Of a stretch of 64,000 nt of DNA, positions 50,532 through 62,010 are shown in pieces. The notes under the pieces were generated by a model. That model was not told the DNA's origin. It made no database searches and saw only the letters and a list, made by a program, of their open reading frames with translations. Position numbers and translations under genes: made by a program. The stretch comes from Tagaea sp. Lineage in GTDB: Bacteria > Pseudomonadota > Alphaproteobacteria > CACIAM-22H2. Every line of letters starts with the position of its first letter. The stretch's first letter is position 1. The DNA lies in NCBI GenBank assembly GCA_965279525.1, contig CBDIIB010000005.1:896001-960000 (forward strand), given 5' to 3'.

Positions 50532-53420
50532 TCAGACCGTGAGCGCCTTCTCGACGATGTCGGCCTGCTGCTTGTTGTGGCGCTTGTAGAGGCCGGTCGC
50601 CGTCGCCGCGGCCTCGGGCCGCCCGACATACGCGGGCCGCTTGGCCGCGATCTTCAGGTTGGTGAGGATGTTCTCGAGACGGTGCTCGACGAACGTCCAC
50701 GCCCCCATGTTCTGCGGCTCTTCCTGGCACCACACGATCTCGGCGTTCTTGTAGCGGCCGAGTTCGCGCTGGGTCGTCGCGATCGGGAACGGGTAGAGCT
50801 GCTCGATGCGCACGAGCGCCACGTCGTCGATGCCGCGCTTGGCGCGCTCCTCGAACAGGTCGTAGTAGATCTTGCCCGAGCACAGCACGACGCGCTTCAC
50901 CTTGCCGTCGGCCGCGATCTTCTCGGTCTCCGGCAGGATGCGGTGGAAGCTGGTGCCCGGCCCGAAATCCGCCAGCGGCGAGACCGCGAGCTTGTGCCGC
51001 AGCAGCGACTTGGGCGTCATGATCAGCAGCGGCTTGCGGATCGTGCGGCGCACCTGGCGGCGCAGCGCGTGGAAGTAGTTGGCCGGCGTGGTGAGGTTGC
51101 AGACCTGCCAGTTGTCCTCGGCGCACATCTGGAGGAACCGCTCCAGTCGCGCGGACGAATGCTCCGGCCCCTGCCCTTCGTAGCCGTGCGGCAGCAGCAT
51201 GACGAGACCCGACATGCGCAGCCACTTCACTTCGGCGGACGAAATGAACTGGTCGAACATCGTCTGGGCGCCGTTGGCGAAGTCGCCGAACTGCGCTTCC
51301 CAAAGCACGAGCGCGTTGGGCTCGGCCATCGAGTAGCCGTACTCGAACCCGAGCACGCCGAATTCCGACAGCGGGCTGTCGTGGACCTCGAACGTGGCCT
51401 GCTTGGGACGGATGGTGTTGAGCGGGACGTGGCGCTTCTCGGTCTCCTGGTCGACCAGCACAGAATGGCGCTGGGAGAACGTGCCGCGCCCGCAATCCTG
51501 GCCCGACAGGCGTACCGGCGTGCCTTCGACCGCGAGCGTGCCGAACGCGAGCGCTTCGCCCGTCGCCCAGTCGATCGGGCCGCCGGCCTCGAACAGCTTC
51601 TTCTTGTTGTCGAGCTGGCGGCGGATCGTGCGGTGGATGTTGTGCCCTTCAGGAACGCGGCAGATGCCCTCGCCCACTTCCCTAAGCAGATCCATCGGCA
51701 CCGCGGTGTTGCCGCGGTTGTCCTCTTCCTTGGAAAGCTCGATACCGGCCCACTTGCCTTCGAGCCAGTCGGCCTTGTTGGGCTTGTAGTTCTTCGACGC
51801 CTCGAACTGCGATTCAAGGTGAGCCGCGAAATCGTCGTAGATCTTCTGCGATTCTTCCGCCGCGAGCTGACCGGTCTTGGCGAGATGTTCGGCATAGATC
51901 GTGCGCGTCGTCGGTTGCGAGGCGATCTTGCGGTACATGATCGGCTGCGTGAAGGACGGCTCGTCGGCCTCGTTGTGGCCGTGGCGGCGGTAGCAGATCA
52001 TGTCGAGGACGACGTCGCGATGGAAGCGCTGGCGGAACTCGACCGCGATGCGCGCGACGTGCACGACGGCTTCCGGATCGTCGGCGTTGACGTGGAAGAC
52101 CGGGAAGCCGAGGCCCTTGGCGATGTCCGAGCAATAGGCGCCCGAGCGCGAATAGGCCGGGGCCGTCGTGAAGCCGATCTGGTTGTTGACGATGAAGTGG
52201 ATGGTGCCGCCGGTCCGGTAACCCAGGATGTCGACGAAGCTCATCGTCTCGGGGACGATGCCCTGGCCGGCGAACGCCGCGTCGCCGTGGAGGAGCAGCG
52301 GCAGCACCTGCGTGCGGTCGTTGTCGCCCAGCTGCACGCTTTTCGCGCGTGCCTTGCCGAGCACGACGGGATTGACCGCCTCGAGGTGCGAGGGATTGGC
52401 GGTGAGCGAGAGATGGATCTTGTTGCCGTCGAACTCGCGGTCGGAGGAGGTGCCCAGATGGTACTTCACGTCGCCCGAGCCCTGCACGTCGTCGGGCTGC
52501 GAGGAGACGCCCTGGAACTCGGAGAAGATCGCCACGTAGGGCTTGCCCATCACGTTGGCGAGCACGTTGAGGCGGCCGCGATGCGGCATGCCGATGACGA
52601 TCTCGCGCACGCCGAGCTGGCCGCCGCGCTTGATGATCTGCTCGAGTGCCGGCACGGCGGACTCCGCCCCGTCGAGGCCGAAGCGCTTGGTGCCGACGAA
52701 CTTCTTGTCGAGGAAACGTTCGAAACCCTCGGCCGCCGTCAGGCGCTCGAGGATCGCGCGCTTGCCGCGCTCGGTGAAGTCGGTCTGGTTGCGCGGACCT
52801 TCGATGCGCTGCTGGATCCACGATTTCTGCTCGGGATCGGTGATGTGCATGAACTCGACGCCGATCGAGCCGCAATAGGTCTTCTTCACTGCGGCGATGA
52901 TCTCGCGCAGCGTCGCCGTGTGCATGCCCAGCACGTTGTCGATGAAGATCGGCCGGTCCATGTCGGCTTCGGTGAAGCCGTAGCTGGCCGGATCGAGCTC
53001 GGGGTGCGGCTCGCGCTTGGTGAGGCCGAGCGGATCGAGCGTGGCATCGAGATGGCCGCGCACGCGGTAGGCGCGGATCAGCATGATGGCGCGGATCGAA
53101 TCGAGCGTGGCGGCGCGCGCCTGCTCGATCGTGACCGCACCCGCCGCGGATGCGGCGGCCGCCGGGGCCGCGGCCCCGTTCGCCCCCTTGCCCTTGGCGG
53201 GCGGTGCTGCGGCCGGATCGGGAACCCCGATGACCTTGGTCTTCTCGCGACCCCAGCCGGGTACGAAATATCCCGTCCCCTCGGTCGCCATCTCGCGGAA
53301 CAGCGCATGCCAGCTCGGATCGACGCTGGCGGGATCGGCGCGGTACCGGTCGAGAAGTTCGGCCAGATAGACGGCGTTGGCGCCGTTGAACAGGGAGTCG
53401 AGATCGGGATGCGTCGCCAT
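50532..53420 (-). CDS. sucA: 2-oxoglutarate dehydrogenase E1
   Basis: GMPHRGRLN; HGDAAFAGQG; RLSGQD; WEAQFGDF; PEHSSAR. Confidence 0.98.
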   Translation of the reverse strand: MATHPDLDSLFNGANAVYLAELLDRYRADPASVDPSWHALFREMATEGTGYFVPGWGREKTKVIGVPDPAAAPPAKGKGANGAAAPAAAASAAGAVTIEQARAATLDSIRAIMLIRAYRVRGHLDATLDPLGLTKREPHPELDPASYGFTEADMDRPIFIDNVLGMHTATLREIIAAVKKTYCGSIGVEFMHITDPEQKSWIQQRIEGPRNQTDFTERGKRAILERLTAAEGFERFLDKKFVGTKRFGLDGAESAVPALEQIIKRGGQLGVREIVIGMPHRGRLNVLANVMGKPYVAIFSEFQGVSSQPDDVQGSGDVKYHLGTSSDREFDGNKIHLSLTANPSHLEAVNPVVLGKARAKSVQLGDNDRTQVLPLLLHGDAAFAGQGIVPETMSFVDILGYRTGGTIHFIVNNQIGFTTAPAYSRSGAYCSDIAKGLGFPVFHVNADDPEAVVHVARIAVEFRQRFHRDVVLDMICYRRHGHNEADEPSFTQPIMYRKIASQPTTRTIYAEHLAKTGQLAAEESQKIYDDFAAHLESQFEASKNYKPNKADWLEGKWAGIELSKEEDNRGNTAVPMDLLREVGEGICRVPEGHNIHRTIRRQLDNKKKLFEAGGPIDWATGEALAFGTLAVEGTPVRLSGQDCGRGTFSQRHSVLVDQETEKRHVPLNTIRPKQATFEVHDSPLSEFGVLGFEYGYSMAEPNALVLWEAQFGDFANGAQTMFDQFISSAEVKWLRMSGLVMLLPHGYEGQGPEHSSARLERFLQMCAEDNWQVCNLTTPANYFHALRRQVRRTIRKPLLIMTPKSLLRHKLAVSPLADFGPGTSFHRILPETEKIAADGKVKRVVLCSGKIYYDLFEERAKRGIDDVALVRIEQLYPFPIATTQRELGRYKNAEIVWCQEEPQNMGAWTFVEHRLENILTNLKIAAKRPAYVGRPEAAATATGLYKRHNKQQADIVEKALTV

Positions 53421-53454
53421 GGTCAGCCTTCGGGTGGGTATGCCGGGTCGGGAA

Positions 53455-54330
53455 TCAGCCCTTCATCGCCTTGAGCATCGTCGAGCCGAGGGCGGCCGGA
53501 CTGTCGGCCACCATGTAGCCCGCCGACTTCATCGCCTCGATCTTGTCGCCGGCCGTGCCCTTGCCGCCGGAGATGATCGCACCGGCATGGCCCATGCGAC
53601 GTCCCGGCGGGGCCGTGACGCCGGCGATGAACCCGACGATCGGCTTCTTCGACTTGGTCGACTTGAAGAACGCGGCCGCGTCCTCTTCGGCCGAGCCGCC
53701 GATCTCGCCGATCATGATGATGCCGACGGTCTCGGGATCGGCGACGAACAGCTCGAGCACGTCGATGAAGTTGGTGCCGTTGACCGGATCGCCGCCGATG
53801 CCCACGCACGTCGTCTGGCCGAGACCGGCCGCGGTCGTCTGGGCGACGGCCTCGTAGGTCAGCGTGCCCGAGCGCGAGACGATGCCGATCTTCCCGCGGC
53901 TGTGGATGTGGCCCGGCATGATGCCGATCTTGCACTCGCCCGGCGTGATCAGGCCCGGGCAGTTGGGTCCGATCAGGCGCGACTTCGAGCCCGCCATCGC
54001 GCGCTTGACGCGCACCATGTCGAGCACCGGGATGCCTTCGGTGATGCACACGACGAGGCGGATCTTGGCGTCGACCGCCTCGAGGATCGCGTCGGCCGCG
54101 AAGGGCGGCGGCACGTAGATGACCGAGGCGTCGGCCCCGGTCGCGTGCACCGCTTCGTCCACCGTGTTGAACACGGGCAGGTCGAGATGCTTGGAGCCGC
54201 CCTTGCCCGGTGTGACGCCGCCGACCATCTTGGTGCCGTAGGCGACCGCCTGCTCGGAGTGGAAGGTGCCCTGCGCGCCGGTGAAGCCCTGGCAGATGAC
54301 CTTGGTGTTCTTGTCGACCAGTACGGCCAT
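53455..54330 (-). CDS. sucD: Succinyl-CoA synthetase alpha subunit
   Basis: IGPNCPG; SRSGTLTYE; MGHAGA. Confidence 0.98.
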   Translation of the reverse strand: MAVLVDKNTKVICQGFTGAQGTFHSEQAVAYGTKMVGGVTPGKGGSKHLDLPVFNTVDEAVHATGADASVIYVPPPFAADAILEAVDAKIRLVVCITEGIPVLDMVRVKRAMAGSKSRLIGPNCPGLITPGECKIGIMPGHIHSRGKIGIVSRSGTLTYEAVAQTTAAGLGQTTCVGIGGDPVNGTNFIDVLELFVADPETVGIIMIGEIGGSAEEDAAAFFKSTKSKKPIVGFIAGVTAPPGRRMGHAGAIISGGKGTAGDKIEAMKSAGYMVADSPAALGSTMLKAMKG

Positions 54331-54331
54331 G

Positions 54332-55528
54332 TTATGCGGCCTCCTTCACGGCCTTGACGATCTTTTCGGCCGCGTCGGCGAGGTTGTCGCCCGACACGAT
54401 CTTGAGGCCGGAGTTCTTGAGGATCTTCTTGCCAAGATCGACGTTGGTGCCTTCCAGGCGCACGACCAGCGGCACGTTGAGCGCCACCTCGCGTGCGGCG
54501 GCGACCACGCCTTCGGCGATGACGTCGCAGCGCATGATCCCGCCGAAGATGTTGACGAGGATGCCTTCGACGTTGGGATCGGAGAGGATCAGCTTGAAGG
54601 CCTGCGTGACGCGCTCGCGCGTCGCCCCGCCGCCGACATCGAGGAAGTTCGCCGGCTCGCCGCCATAGAGCTTGATGATGTCCATCGTCGCCATCGCGAG
54701 ACCGGCACCGTTGACCATGCAGCCGATCGAGCCGTCGAGCTTGACGTAGTTGAGCTCGTGCTTCGAGGCCTCGAGCTCCATCGGATCTTCTTCGTCCTCG
54801 TCGCGCAGGTCGGCCACGTCCTTGTGGCGGAACAGCGCGTTGTCGTCGAAGTTCATCTTGGCATCCAGCGCCAGCACTTCGCCCGCACCCGTGATGACCA
54901 GCGGGTTGATCTCGACGATCGAGGCGTCGAGGCCGGTGAAGGCCTCGTACATCGCGGCGAGGAACTTGACGCACGCGCCGACCTGCTTGCCTTCGAGGCC
55001 GAGTGCGAACGCGACTTTCCGCGCGTAGTAGGACTGCAGGCCCTGCGCCGGATCGACGTATATCTTGATGATCTTCTCGGGCGTCTTGTGGGCGACTTCC
55101 TCGATGTCCATGCCGCCTTCGGTCGACGCCATGATCGTCACGCGGTGCGTGCCGCGGTCGACCAGCATGCCGAGATAGAGCTCGCGCTTGATGTCGCAGC
55201 CTTCCTCGACATAGATGCGCTTGACCTCTTTGCCCTTGGGGCCGGTCTGCTTGGTGATCAGCGTCTTGCCGATCATCGCGGCGGCGTTCTTCTTGACCTC
55301 GTCGATCGACTTGACGACGCGCACGCCGCCCTTGCCGTTCGGATCGTCCTTGAAGCGCCCGGCGCCGCGCCCGCCGGCGTGGATCTGCGACTTGACGACC
55401 CAGACCGGGCCGCCGAGTTCGCGGGCGACTTTTTCCGCCTCGTCGGGCGTGTAGGCGACCGCCCCCTTGGGAACGGCAACGCCGTAGCGTGCCAGCAAGA
55501 TTTTCGCTTGGTATTCGTGGATGTTCAT
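54332..55528 (-). CDS. sucC: Succinyl-CoA synthetase beta subunit
   Basis: MNIHEYQAK; QIHAGGRG; [11 protein letters not shown]; [10 protein letters not shown]. Confidence 0.98.
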   Translation of the reverse strand: MNIHEYQAKILLARYGVAVPKGAVAYTPDEAEKVARELGGPVWVVKSQIHAGGRGAGRFKDDPNGKGGVRVVKSIDEVKKNAAAMIGKTLITKQTGPKGKEVKRIYVEEGCDIKRELYLGMLVDRGTHRVTIMASTEGGMDIEEVAHKTPEKIIKIYVDPAQGLQSYYARKVAFALGLEGKQVGACVKFLAAMYEAFTGLDASIVEINPLVITGAGEVLALDAKMNFDDNALFRHKDVADLRDEDEEDPMELEASKHELNYVKLDGSIGCMVNGAGLAMATMDIIKLYGGEPANFLDVGGGATRERVTQAFKLILSDPNVEGILVNIFGGIMRCDVIAEGVVAAAREVALNVPLVVRLEGTNVDLGKKILKNSGLKIVSGDNLADAAEKIVKAVKEAA

Positions 55529-55666
55529 AAACGACCCGGTCGGTTTGAAGGTCGGAAACCCGCCCGTAGCGCACCCCTTATGGGGTGCGGGGGCAGGGTG
55601 GACGCGTACGTTAGTCCGGGCGGGGCGGCGAGGCAACCGCACCCGGCCCGGAAACGCGGTATCTGA

Positions 55667-56707
<1,041 letters not shown>

Positions 56708-56780
56708 TTACTCCGCCGCCCCGGACAGCTTCAAGGGGGGACCCACAAAAATCATCGATTTTTGCGGCGCTTGCACCGGG

Positions 56781-57914
56781 TCAGGCAGCCAACGGCCGGT
56801 CGCCGAAGTCGGCCATCACCTGACGGACCCTCGACATGTTGTCCGCCAGTGCTGCCACGCAGTCGGCGTTGAGCTTTGCCGGCACCATGCGGGACAGTTC
56901 GGCAAGGGCCCGTTCGATCGGCCAAGCTTCCTTGTAGGGCCGATGGGATGTCAGCGCGTCGAAGATGTCGGCAACGGCAAGGATCTGCGCCTCGATCGGC
57001 ATTCCGGCAGCCGTCAGGCCGTAGGGGTAGCCGGAGCCGTCGAGTTTCTCGTGATGGTAGCGCACAGTATTGCGCAGTATCTCGATGCCGGCGATCTCGC
57101 CCAGCCCGAGGCTGTCGACGATCTTGTCGACCATGGCGAGGCCGATCTCGACATGCTCTTTCATCGCCTCGAATTCCGCTACCGTCAGCTTGCCGGGCTT
57201 GAGCAGGATCGAGTCGGGCACGCCGACCTTCCCGATGTCGTGCAGGGGTGCGAACTGGAAGAGCTTGGCGACAAAATCGTCGTCGAGTCCGTATTTCGGC
57301 GCGATCGCGTCGGCGATGATCGCCGAATAGTGCGACATGCGCGTCAGGTGCTCGGCCGTATCGGTATCGCGATATGCGCTGATCGCCTGTGCCGACGTGA
57401 TGGCGGCCGAGAACGTCCGGTAGTAGGAAATCTCGAGCGCCAGATGCAGCCCGGCGAGACGCACGAACGGGTCGATCGCCGAAACATGTGCGGGCCCGAA
57501 ATATCCCGGGACGCTCGAATTGACGAAGATGATGCCGATAAGGTGCGAGCCGTAATAGATTGCGCGCGCGTAGCTCGACCGGAAGCCCATTTCGAGCAGT
57601 CGCTCCGTATGGGTGTGGCCGGTTCCGGCGAAGACCTGCAGATCGTCGATCACGCGCTCCGCTCCCGCCTCGCGGGCAAACGCGAGCGACGGCACGTCGG
57701 CAAGCTTTGCCGCATAATGCACGAGCGAGGAAGTTCCGAGACTATTGTCGGCAAAAGTATGGAGCATGTCGCTCGGCCTGTCGTAGACCGCCGAGGCGAA
57801 ACGCAGGCGTTGCGTTCCGCCGAGCATGGCGGACGCCGACGACTGCAGTTCGCACAGTCGCGCGGCAAATGAGGAGTTCCGGTCCAGATCCGGCAAGGAC
57901 GGGAGGTAGCTCAT
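56781..57914 (-). CDS. HD-GYP domain cyclic-dinucleotide phosphodiesterase with N-terminal GAF-like region
   Basis: TAEHLTRM; PLHDIGK; HHEKLDGSGYPYGL; ADIFDALTSHRPYK. Confidence 0.92.
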   Translation of the reverse strand: MSYLPSLPDLDRNSSFAARLCELQSSASAMLGGTQRLRFASAVYDRPSDMLHTFADNSLGTSSLVHYAAKLADVPSLAFAREAGAERVIDDLQVFAGTGHTHTERLLEMGFRSSYARAIYYGSHLIGIIFVNSSVPGYFGPAHVSAIDPFVRLAGLHLALEISYYRTFSAAITSAQAISAYRDTDTAEHLTRMSHYSAIIADAIAPKYGLDDDFVAKLFQFAPLHDIGKVGVPDSILLKPGKLTVAEFEAMKEHVEIGLAMVDKIVDSLGLGEIAGIEILRNTVRYHHEKLDGSGYPYGLTAAGMPIEAQILAVADIFDALTSHRPYKEAWPIERALAELSRMVPAKLNADCVAALADNMSRVRQVMADFGDRPLAA

Positions 57915-58012
57915 GCGGGCGTCCTCATTCACGCGCGGGCGGCACAACCGGCCGAACGATTCATTTACATACTATGTGCGTAAACAAGCCGTTAAGGCGG
58001 GCAGCCCGCCCG

Positions 58013-59152
58013 TCAGCCGCCCAGATGCGGAGCCGCGAGGTAATCCTCGCTCTGCATCTCGTGCAGGCGGCTCGCCGTGCGCTGGAATTCGAACGCGTGG
58101 TCGCCGGCCGGATGGAGCGATTCCGGGTCGGCGGCGGCGGCCATCACGAGCTTGGCGCGATGCTCGTAAAGCGCGTCGACCAACACCACGAAGCGGCGCG
58201 CCTCGTTGCGGTTGTCGGGCGTGAGGATCGGCACGCCGTCGAGGACCAGCGTGTGGCAGGTCCGGGCAAGGGCGAGGAAGTCGGCGGCACCCAGCGCCTT
58301 CTTGCAAAGATCGTCGAACGACGCGAAGGCGACACCCCCGCCCGCACGCTTCAGTTCAAGTTCGCGCCCACCCACGTCGAGCGTCAGCGGGCCGATGCTC
58401 GCCCCTTCGGTCAGCGTGGCGAACGCCTTTTCCAGTTCGGCGCTTGCCGCGGCACCTAGGGGTGCGTGATAGACCGGCAGGCCGCGGATGCGGATGCGCC
58501 GGTAATCGATGCCGCCATCCAGCGCCAGAACGTCGAGCTTCTCCTTCAGCAGTGCGATCGCCGGCAGGAAGCGTTCGCGCTGCAGGCCGTTGGCATAGAG
58601 ATCGTCGGGTTCGAGATTCGAGGTCGCGACGACGACGACACCTTTTTCAAGCAACGCGCCGAACAGCCGGCCCAGGATCATCGCGTCGGCGATGTTGGTC
58701 ACCTGGAACTCGTCGAAGCACAGCAGCCACGCCTCGTCGGCGATGGTCTGCGCCAAGGGCGGGATCGGATCGCCGTCGCCCTTCTTGGCCTCGAGCGTCT
58801 GGCGCCAGGCGTGGATACGCGAATGCACTTCGAGCATGAAGGCGTGGAAATGCACGCGGCGTTTCATCTCGACGGGTGCGTGCGCGAAGAACAGGTCCAT
58901 CAGCATCGACTTGCCGCGCCCCACGCCGCCGAAGAAATAGAGGCCGGTGGGAGGTGCGCCACGCTGCTCGGTGCCGAACTTGCGCGCGAAACCCAGCGAG
59001 GCCCGCCAGAAGCCGGGTCGCGGATCGGGCCTGTAGCTCGCCAGCGCCCGCGACAGCGTTTCGAGCTTCTCGACCGCGAAGGCCTGCGCGGGATCGGGTT
59101 TGATCTCGCCCGCTGCCAGCTTGGCGCGATAGGCGTCGAGAAGCGCCGTCAT
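58013..59152 (-). CDS. zapE: Cell division ATPase ZapE (AFG1 family)
   Basis: GGVGRGKSMLMD; HFHAFM; LCFDEFQV; ATSN; FEFQRTASRL. Confidence 0.95.
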   Translation of the reverse strand: MTALLDAYRAKLAAGEIKPDPAQAFAVEKLETLSRALASYRPDPRPGFWRASLGFARKFGTEQRGAPPTGLYFFGGVGRGKSMLMDLFFAHAPVEMKRRVHFHAFMLEVHSRIHAWRQTLEAKKGDGDPIPPLAQTIADEAWLLCFDEFQVTNIADAMILGRLFGALLEKGVVVVATSNLEPDDLYANGLQRERFLPAIALLKEKLDVLALDGGIDYRRIRIRGLPVYHAPLGAAASAELEKAFATLTEGASIGPLTLDVGGRELELKRAGGGVAFASFDDLCKKALGAADFLALARTCHTLVLDGVPILTPDNRNEARRFVVLVDALYEHRAKLVMAAAADPESLHPAGDHAFEFQRTASRLHEMQSEDYLAAPHLGG

Positions 59153-59859
59153 GCCACGCCCAGCAGCTCGGCGACGAAGCCGGGCACCACGTGCGTGGCC
59201 GGGCCGTAGCGCGTCTCGGAAAAGGCGCTGGCGCCCGCCGAGGGTTCGAGATTGAGCTCGACCGTGCGCGCACCCGCCGCGCGCGCGATCTCGACGAAGC
59301 CCGCCGCCGGATGGACGTTGCCCGACGTGCCGATCGACACGAACAGGCTGCACGCGGCGATCTTTTCGTGCACTTCGTCCATGTAGAGCGGCATCTCGCC
59401 GAACCACACGACATGCGGGCGCAGGCTGCCGCGCCCGTCGCACGCCGGGCAGCGCGAGGTGGGGGAAAGGTCGCTGCGCAGATCGGCAAGGATGCCGCAG
59501 GCCATGCAGCGCGCCTTCAGAAGTTCGCCGTGGATGTGGCGGACGTTCCGCGAGCCGGCACGCTCGTGCAGGTCGTCGATGTTCTGGGTGACAAGCGTCA
59601 CCTCGCCGCCCGTCCAGTTCGCTTCGAGGATCGCGAGCGCCACGTGCGCGTCGTTGGGCTGGATCGCCGGATCGAGCAGGCCCTTGCGGCGCGCGTTGTA
59701 GAACGCGTGCACGCGCGCCTCGTCGCGCACGAAGGCCTGCGGGGTCGCCACGTCCTCGACGCGCACGCTTGCCCAGATGCCGTCGGGGTCGCGGAAGGTG
59801 GACAACCCCGATTCTTTGGATATACCGGCACCGGTAAGGATCACGATCGAGCCCGTCAT
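59149..59859 (-). CDS. cobB: NAD-dependent protein deacylase (class III sirtuin)
   Basis: LTGAGISKESG; FYNARR; TQNIDDLHERAG; HGEL; CxxC/CxxC; RPHVVWFGE; GTSG. Confidence 0.95.
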   Translation of the reverse strand: MTGSIVILTGAGISKESGLSTFRDPDGIWASVRVEDVATPQAFVRDEARVHAFYNARRKGLLDPAIQPNDAHVALAILEANWTGGEVTLVTQNIDDLHERAGSRNVRHIHGELLKARCMACGILADLRSDLSPTSRCPACDGRGSLRPHVVWFGEMPLYMDEVHEKIAACSLFVSIGTSGNVHPAAGFVEIARAAGARTVELNLEPSAGASAFSETRYGPATHVVPGFVAELLGVA

Positions 59860-60331
59860 GCCCCGGCACCCTATCGAAAAGCGGCCTTCAGGAAAATCCG
59901 TTCTGTTCGTCTGCACGGGAAATATCTGCCGTTCGCCGACGGCCGAAGCGGTTTTCCGCCTTGCCGCGACGCGCGCCGGCATCGCGGCGCAGGCCGATTC
60001 GTGCGGCACACAGGGCTACCATGTCGGCGAGCCGCCCGACCCACGCGCCCAGCGCCACGCGGCCCGGCGCGGCTACGAGCTCGCCACCCTGCGCGCACGG
60101 CGCATCGCGGACGAGGATTTCGATGCCTTCGACCTGATCCTCGCCTGCGACGGTGGCCACTACCGGGCGCTGCTGGCAAGGGCACCTGCGCACGCGCACG
60201 CGAAGATCCGCCTGCTGCGCGCCGACGGCGGCGACATCCTCGATCCCTATTATGACGGACCGGAAGCCTTCGAGACGGTGCTGGACCAGATCGAGGCGGA
60301 GTGCGCGCGGCTGGTCGCGGAACTCGGCTAG
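59858..60331 (+). CDS. Low molecular weight protein-tyrosine phosphatase
   Basis: VLFVCTGNICRSPTAE (CX5R); DPYY. Confidence 0.93.
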   Translation: MPRHPIEKRPSGKSVLFVCTGNICRSPTAEAVFRLAATRAGIAAQADSCGTQGYHVGEPPDPRAQRHAARRGYELATLRARRIADEDFDAFDLILACDGGHYRALLARAPAHAHAKIRLLRADGGDILDPYYDGPEAFETVLDQIEAECARLVAELG

Positions 60332-60867
60332 GCCGCCAGCATGTATTCGGCCTCGGGCGTGTAGATCGAACCCGAGGACTGACGATAGCTCGAATAGAGC
60401 ACGAACTGGTCGACCGTCATCGGACCCGCGCGGAACAGCGAATTGACCGCGAGCCATTCCTGGATCTTCGGCAGGTTCGCGTCGCGCAATTTGGCGAGCG
60501 TGACATGCGGGGTGAACCGGCGCTGCTCGTCAGGCAGGCCCAGGCGGCGCAGCGTGTTGTCGACACGCTCGTGCAGCGCCATCAGCTCGGCGCACTTGCG
60601 CACGCCTGCCCACAGCACGCGCACTTCGTTGCCACTGGAGAAATGCCCGACGCCGGATAGCTCGATGTCGAAGCGCTTCGGGCGCACATGGGCGAGTGCG
60701 TAGCCGACTTCCTCGGCCATGTCGCCCGGCACCTCGCCGATGAAGCGCAGCGTGATGTGGAAGTTCTCGTCCGGGATCCAGCGCGCACCCGGCACGCCGC
60801 CGCACATTCCGTCCAGCCGCAGCCGGACGTCTTCCGGCAAGGGCACGCCGATAAAAAGGCGGTACAT
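60328..60867 (-). CDS. thpR: RNA 2',3'-cyclic phosphodiesterase (2H family)
   Basis: RLFIG; HITLRF and PHVTLA (two HxT motifs). Confidence 0.93.
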   Translation of the reverse strand: MYRLFIGVPLPEDVRLRLDGMCGGVPGARWIPDENFHITLRFIGEVPGDMAEEVGYALAHVRPKRFDIELSGVGHFSSGNEVRVLWAGVRKCAELMALHERVDNTLRRLGLPDEQRRFTPHVTLAKLRDANLPKIQEWLAVNSLFRAGPMTVDQFVLYSSYRQSSGSIYTPEAEYMLAA

Positions 60868-60939
60868 CGCATCCCCCGACGCGAATCTCGACCCTTCGAG
60901 GCGTAGACGGATTCGCCGGACCTTACAAGCCGCAGGCCG

Positions 60940-61983
60940 TTACGGGCAGGGGTTCGGGTTCATCGCATGGACCTTGTCGATCGCCGCCAGCACGTCGGCG
61001 GAAAGCGTCACGTCGATCGACGCGATGTTCGTCTCGAGCTGGGCGAGCGTCGTGGCCCCGATGATGTTCGACGTGACGAAAGGCCGGCCGGTGACATAGG
61101 CCAGCGCCATCTGCGCTGGATCGAGACCGGCCGCGCGCGCGATGCGCACGTACTCGGCCGCTGCCGGTTCCGCGCGCGGCGTGGAATAACGCTGGAAGCG
61201 CGCATAGCGTGTCAGGCGCCCTTCGGGCGGACGTGCGCCATTCAGGTATTTGCCCGCCAGCACGCCCATGCCGAGCGGCGAATAGGCGAGCAAGCCGACG
61301 TCTTCGCGGACCGTCATTTCGGTGAGGCCGACGTCGAAGCTGCGGTTGAGAAGATTGAAGGCGTTCTGGATCGACACGATGCGCGGGCCCTTGCCGGCAT
61401 CCGAAAGCGCCAGATGCTTCATCACGCCCCAGGGCGTTTCGTTCGACACGCCGAAATGGCGGATCTTCCCCTCCTTCACGAGGGCGGCCATCGTCGCGAC
61501 CGTCTCCTCGATCGGGGCACCCTGGTCAGCACCTGGCTCGACCGAGAAGTCGAGCCGCCCGAAGCGGTTGGCCGGGCGGTCGGGCACGTGCGTCTGGTAG
61601 AGGTCGATATAGTCGGTCTGCAGGCGCTTGAGCGACGCCTCGACCGCCGCGCGGATGTTTTTCGCGTCGAGGCCCGAGCCGTTGCGGATATGTGCCGTCC
61701 CGTTGCCCCGGCTGGCGACCTTGGTGGCAACGATCACGTCGGCGCGCTTCGCCCTGTTCTTCGCGAGCCAGGTGCCGAGCACCGCCTCGGTAGCGCCGTA
61801 GGTTTCCGGCTTGGGCGGCACCGGATACATCTCAGCCGCATCGAGGAAATTGATGCCCTTCGAAAGCGCCAGATCGATCTGCGCGTGGCCTTCGGCTTCG
61901 GTGTTCTGCTCGCCCCACGTCATCGTGCCAAGGCAGATCGCGGAGACGGACAGGTCGGTCCGTCCGAGTTTACGGTATTGCAT
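60940..61983 (-). CDS. tas: NADP(H)-dependent aldo-keto reductase (Tas-like)
   Basis: CLGTMTWGEQN; AEMYPVPP; SLKRLQTDYIDLYQ; GVSNETPWG; AYSPL. Confidence 0.9.
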   Translation of the reverse strand: MQYRKLGRTDLSVSAICLGTMTWGEQNTEAEGHAQIDLALSKGINFLDAAEMYPVPPKPETYGATEAVLGTWLAKNRAKRADVIVATKVASRGNGTAHIRNGSGLDAKNIRAAVEASLKRLQTDYIDLYQTHVPDRPANRFGRLDFSVEPGADQGAPIEETVATMAALVKEGKIRHFGVSNETPWGVMKHLALSDAGKGPRIVSIQNAFNLLNRSFDVGLTEMTVREDVGLLAYSPLGMGVLAGKYLNGARPPEGRLTRYARFQRYSTPRAEPAAAEYVRIARAAGLDPAQMALAYVTGRPFVTSNIIGATTLAQLETNIASIDVTLSADVLAAIDKVHAMNPNPCP

Positions 61984-62010
61984 CTTGTCGGGACTCCGGT
62001 GCGGGGGACG

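Noticed and set aside
57960-57985. dif-like half sites (also 1455-1500)
   Set aside because: Partial XerC/XerD arm resemblance only; the 11-6-11 geometry is absent.
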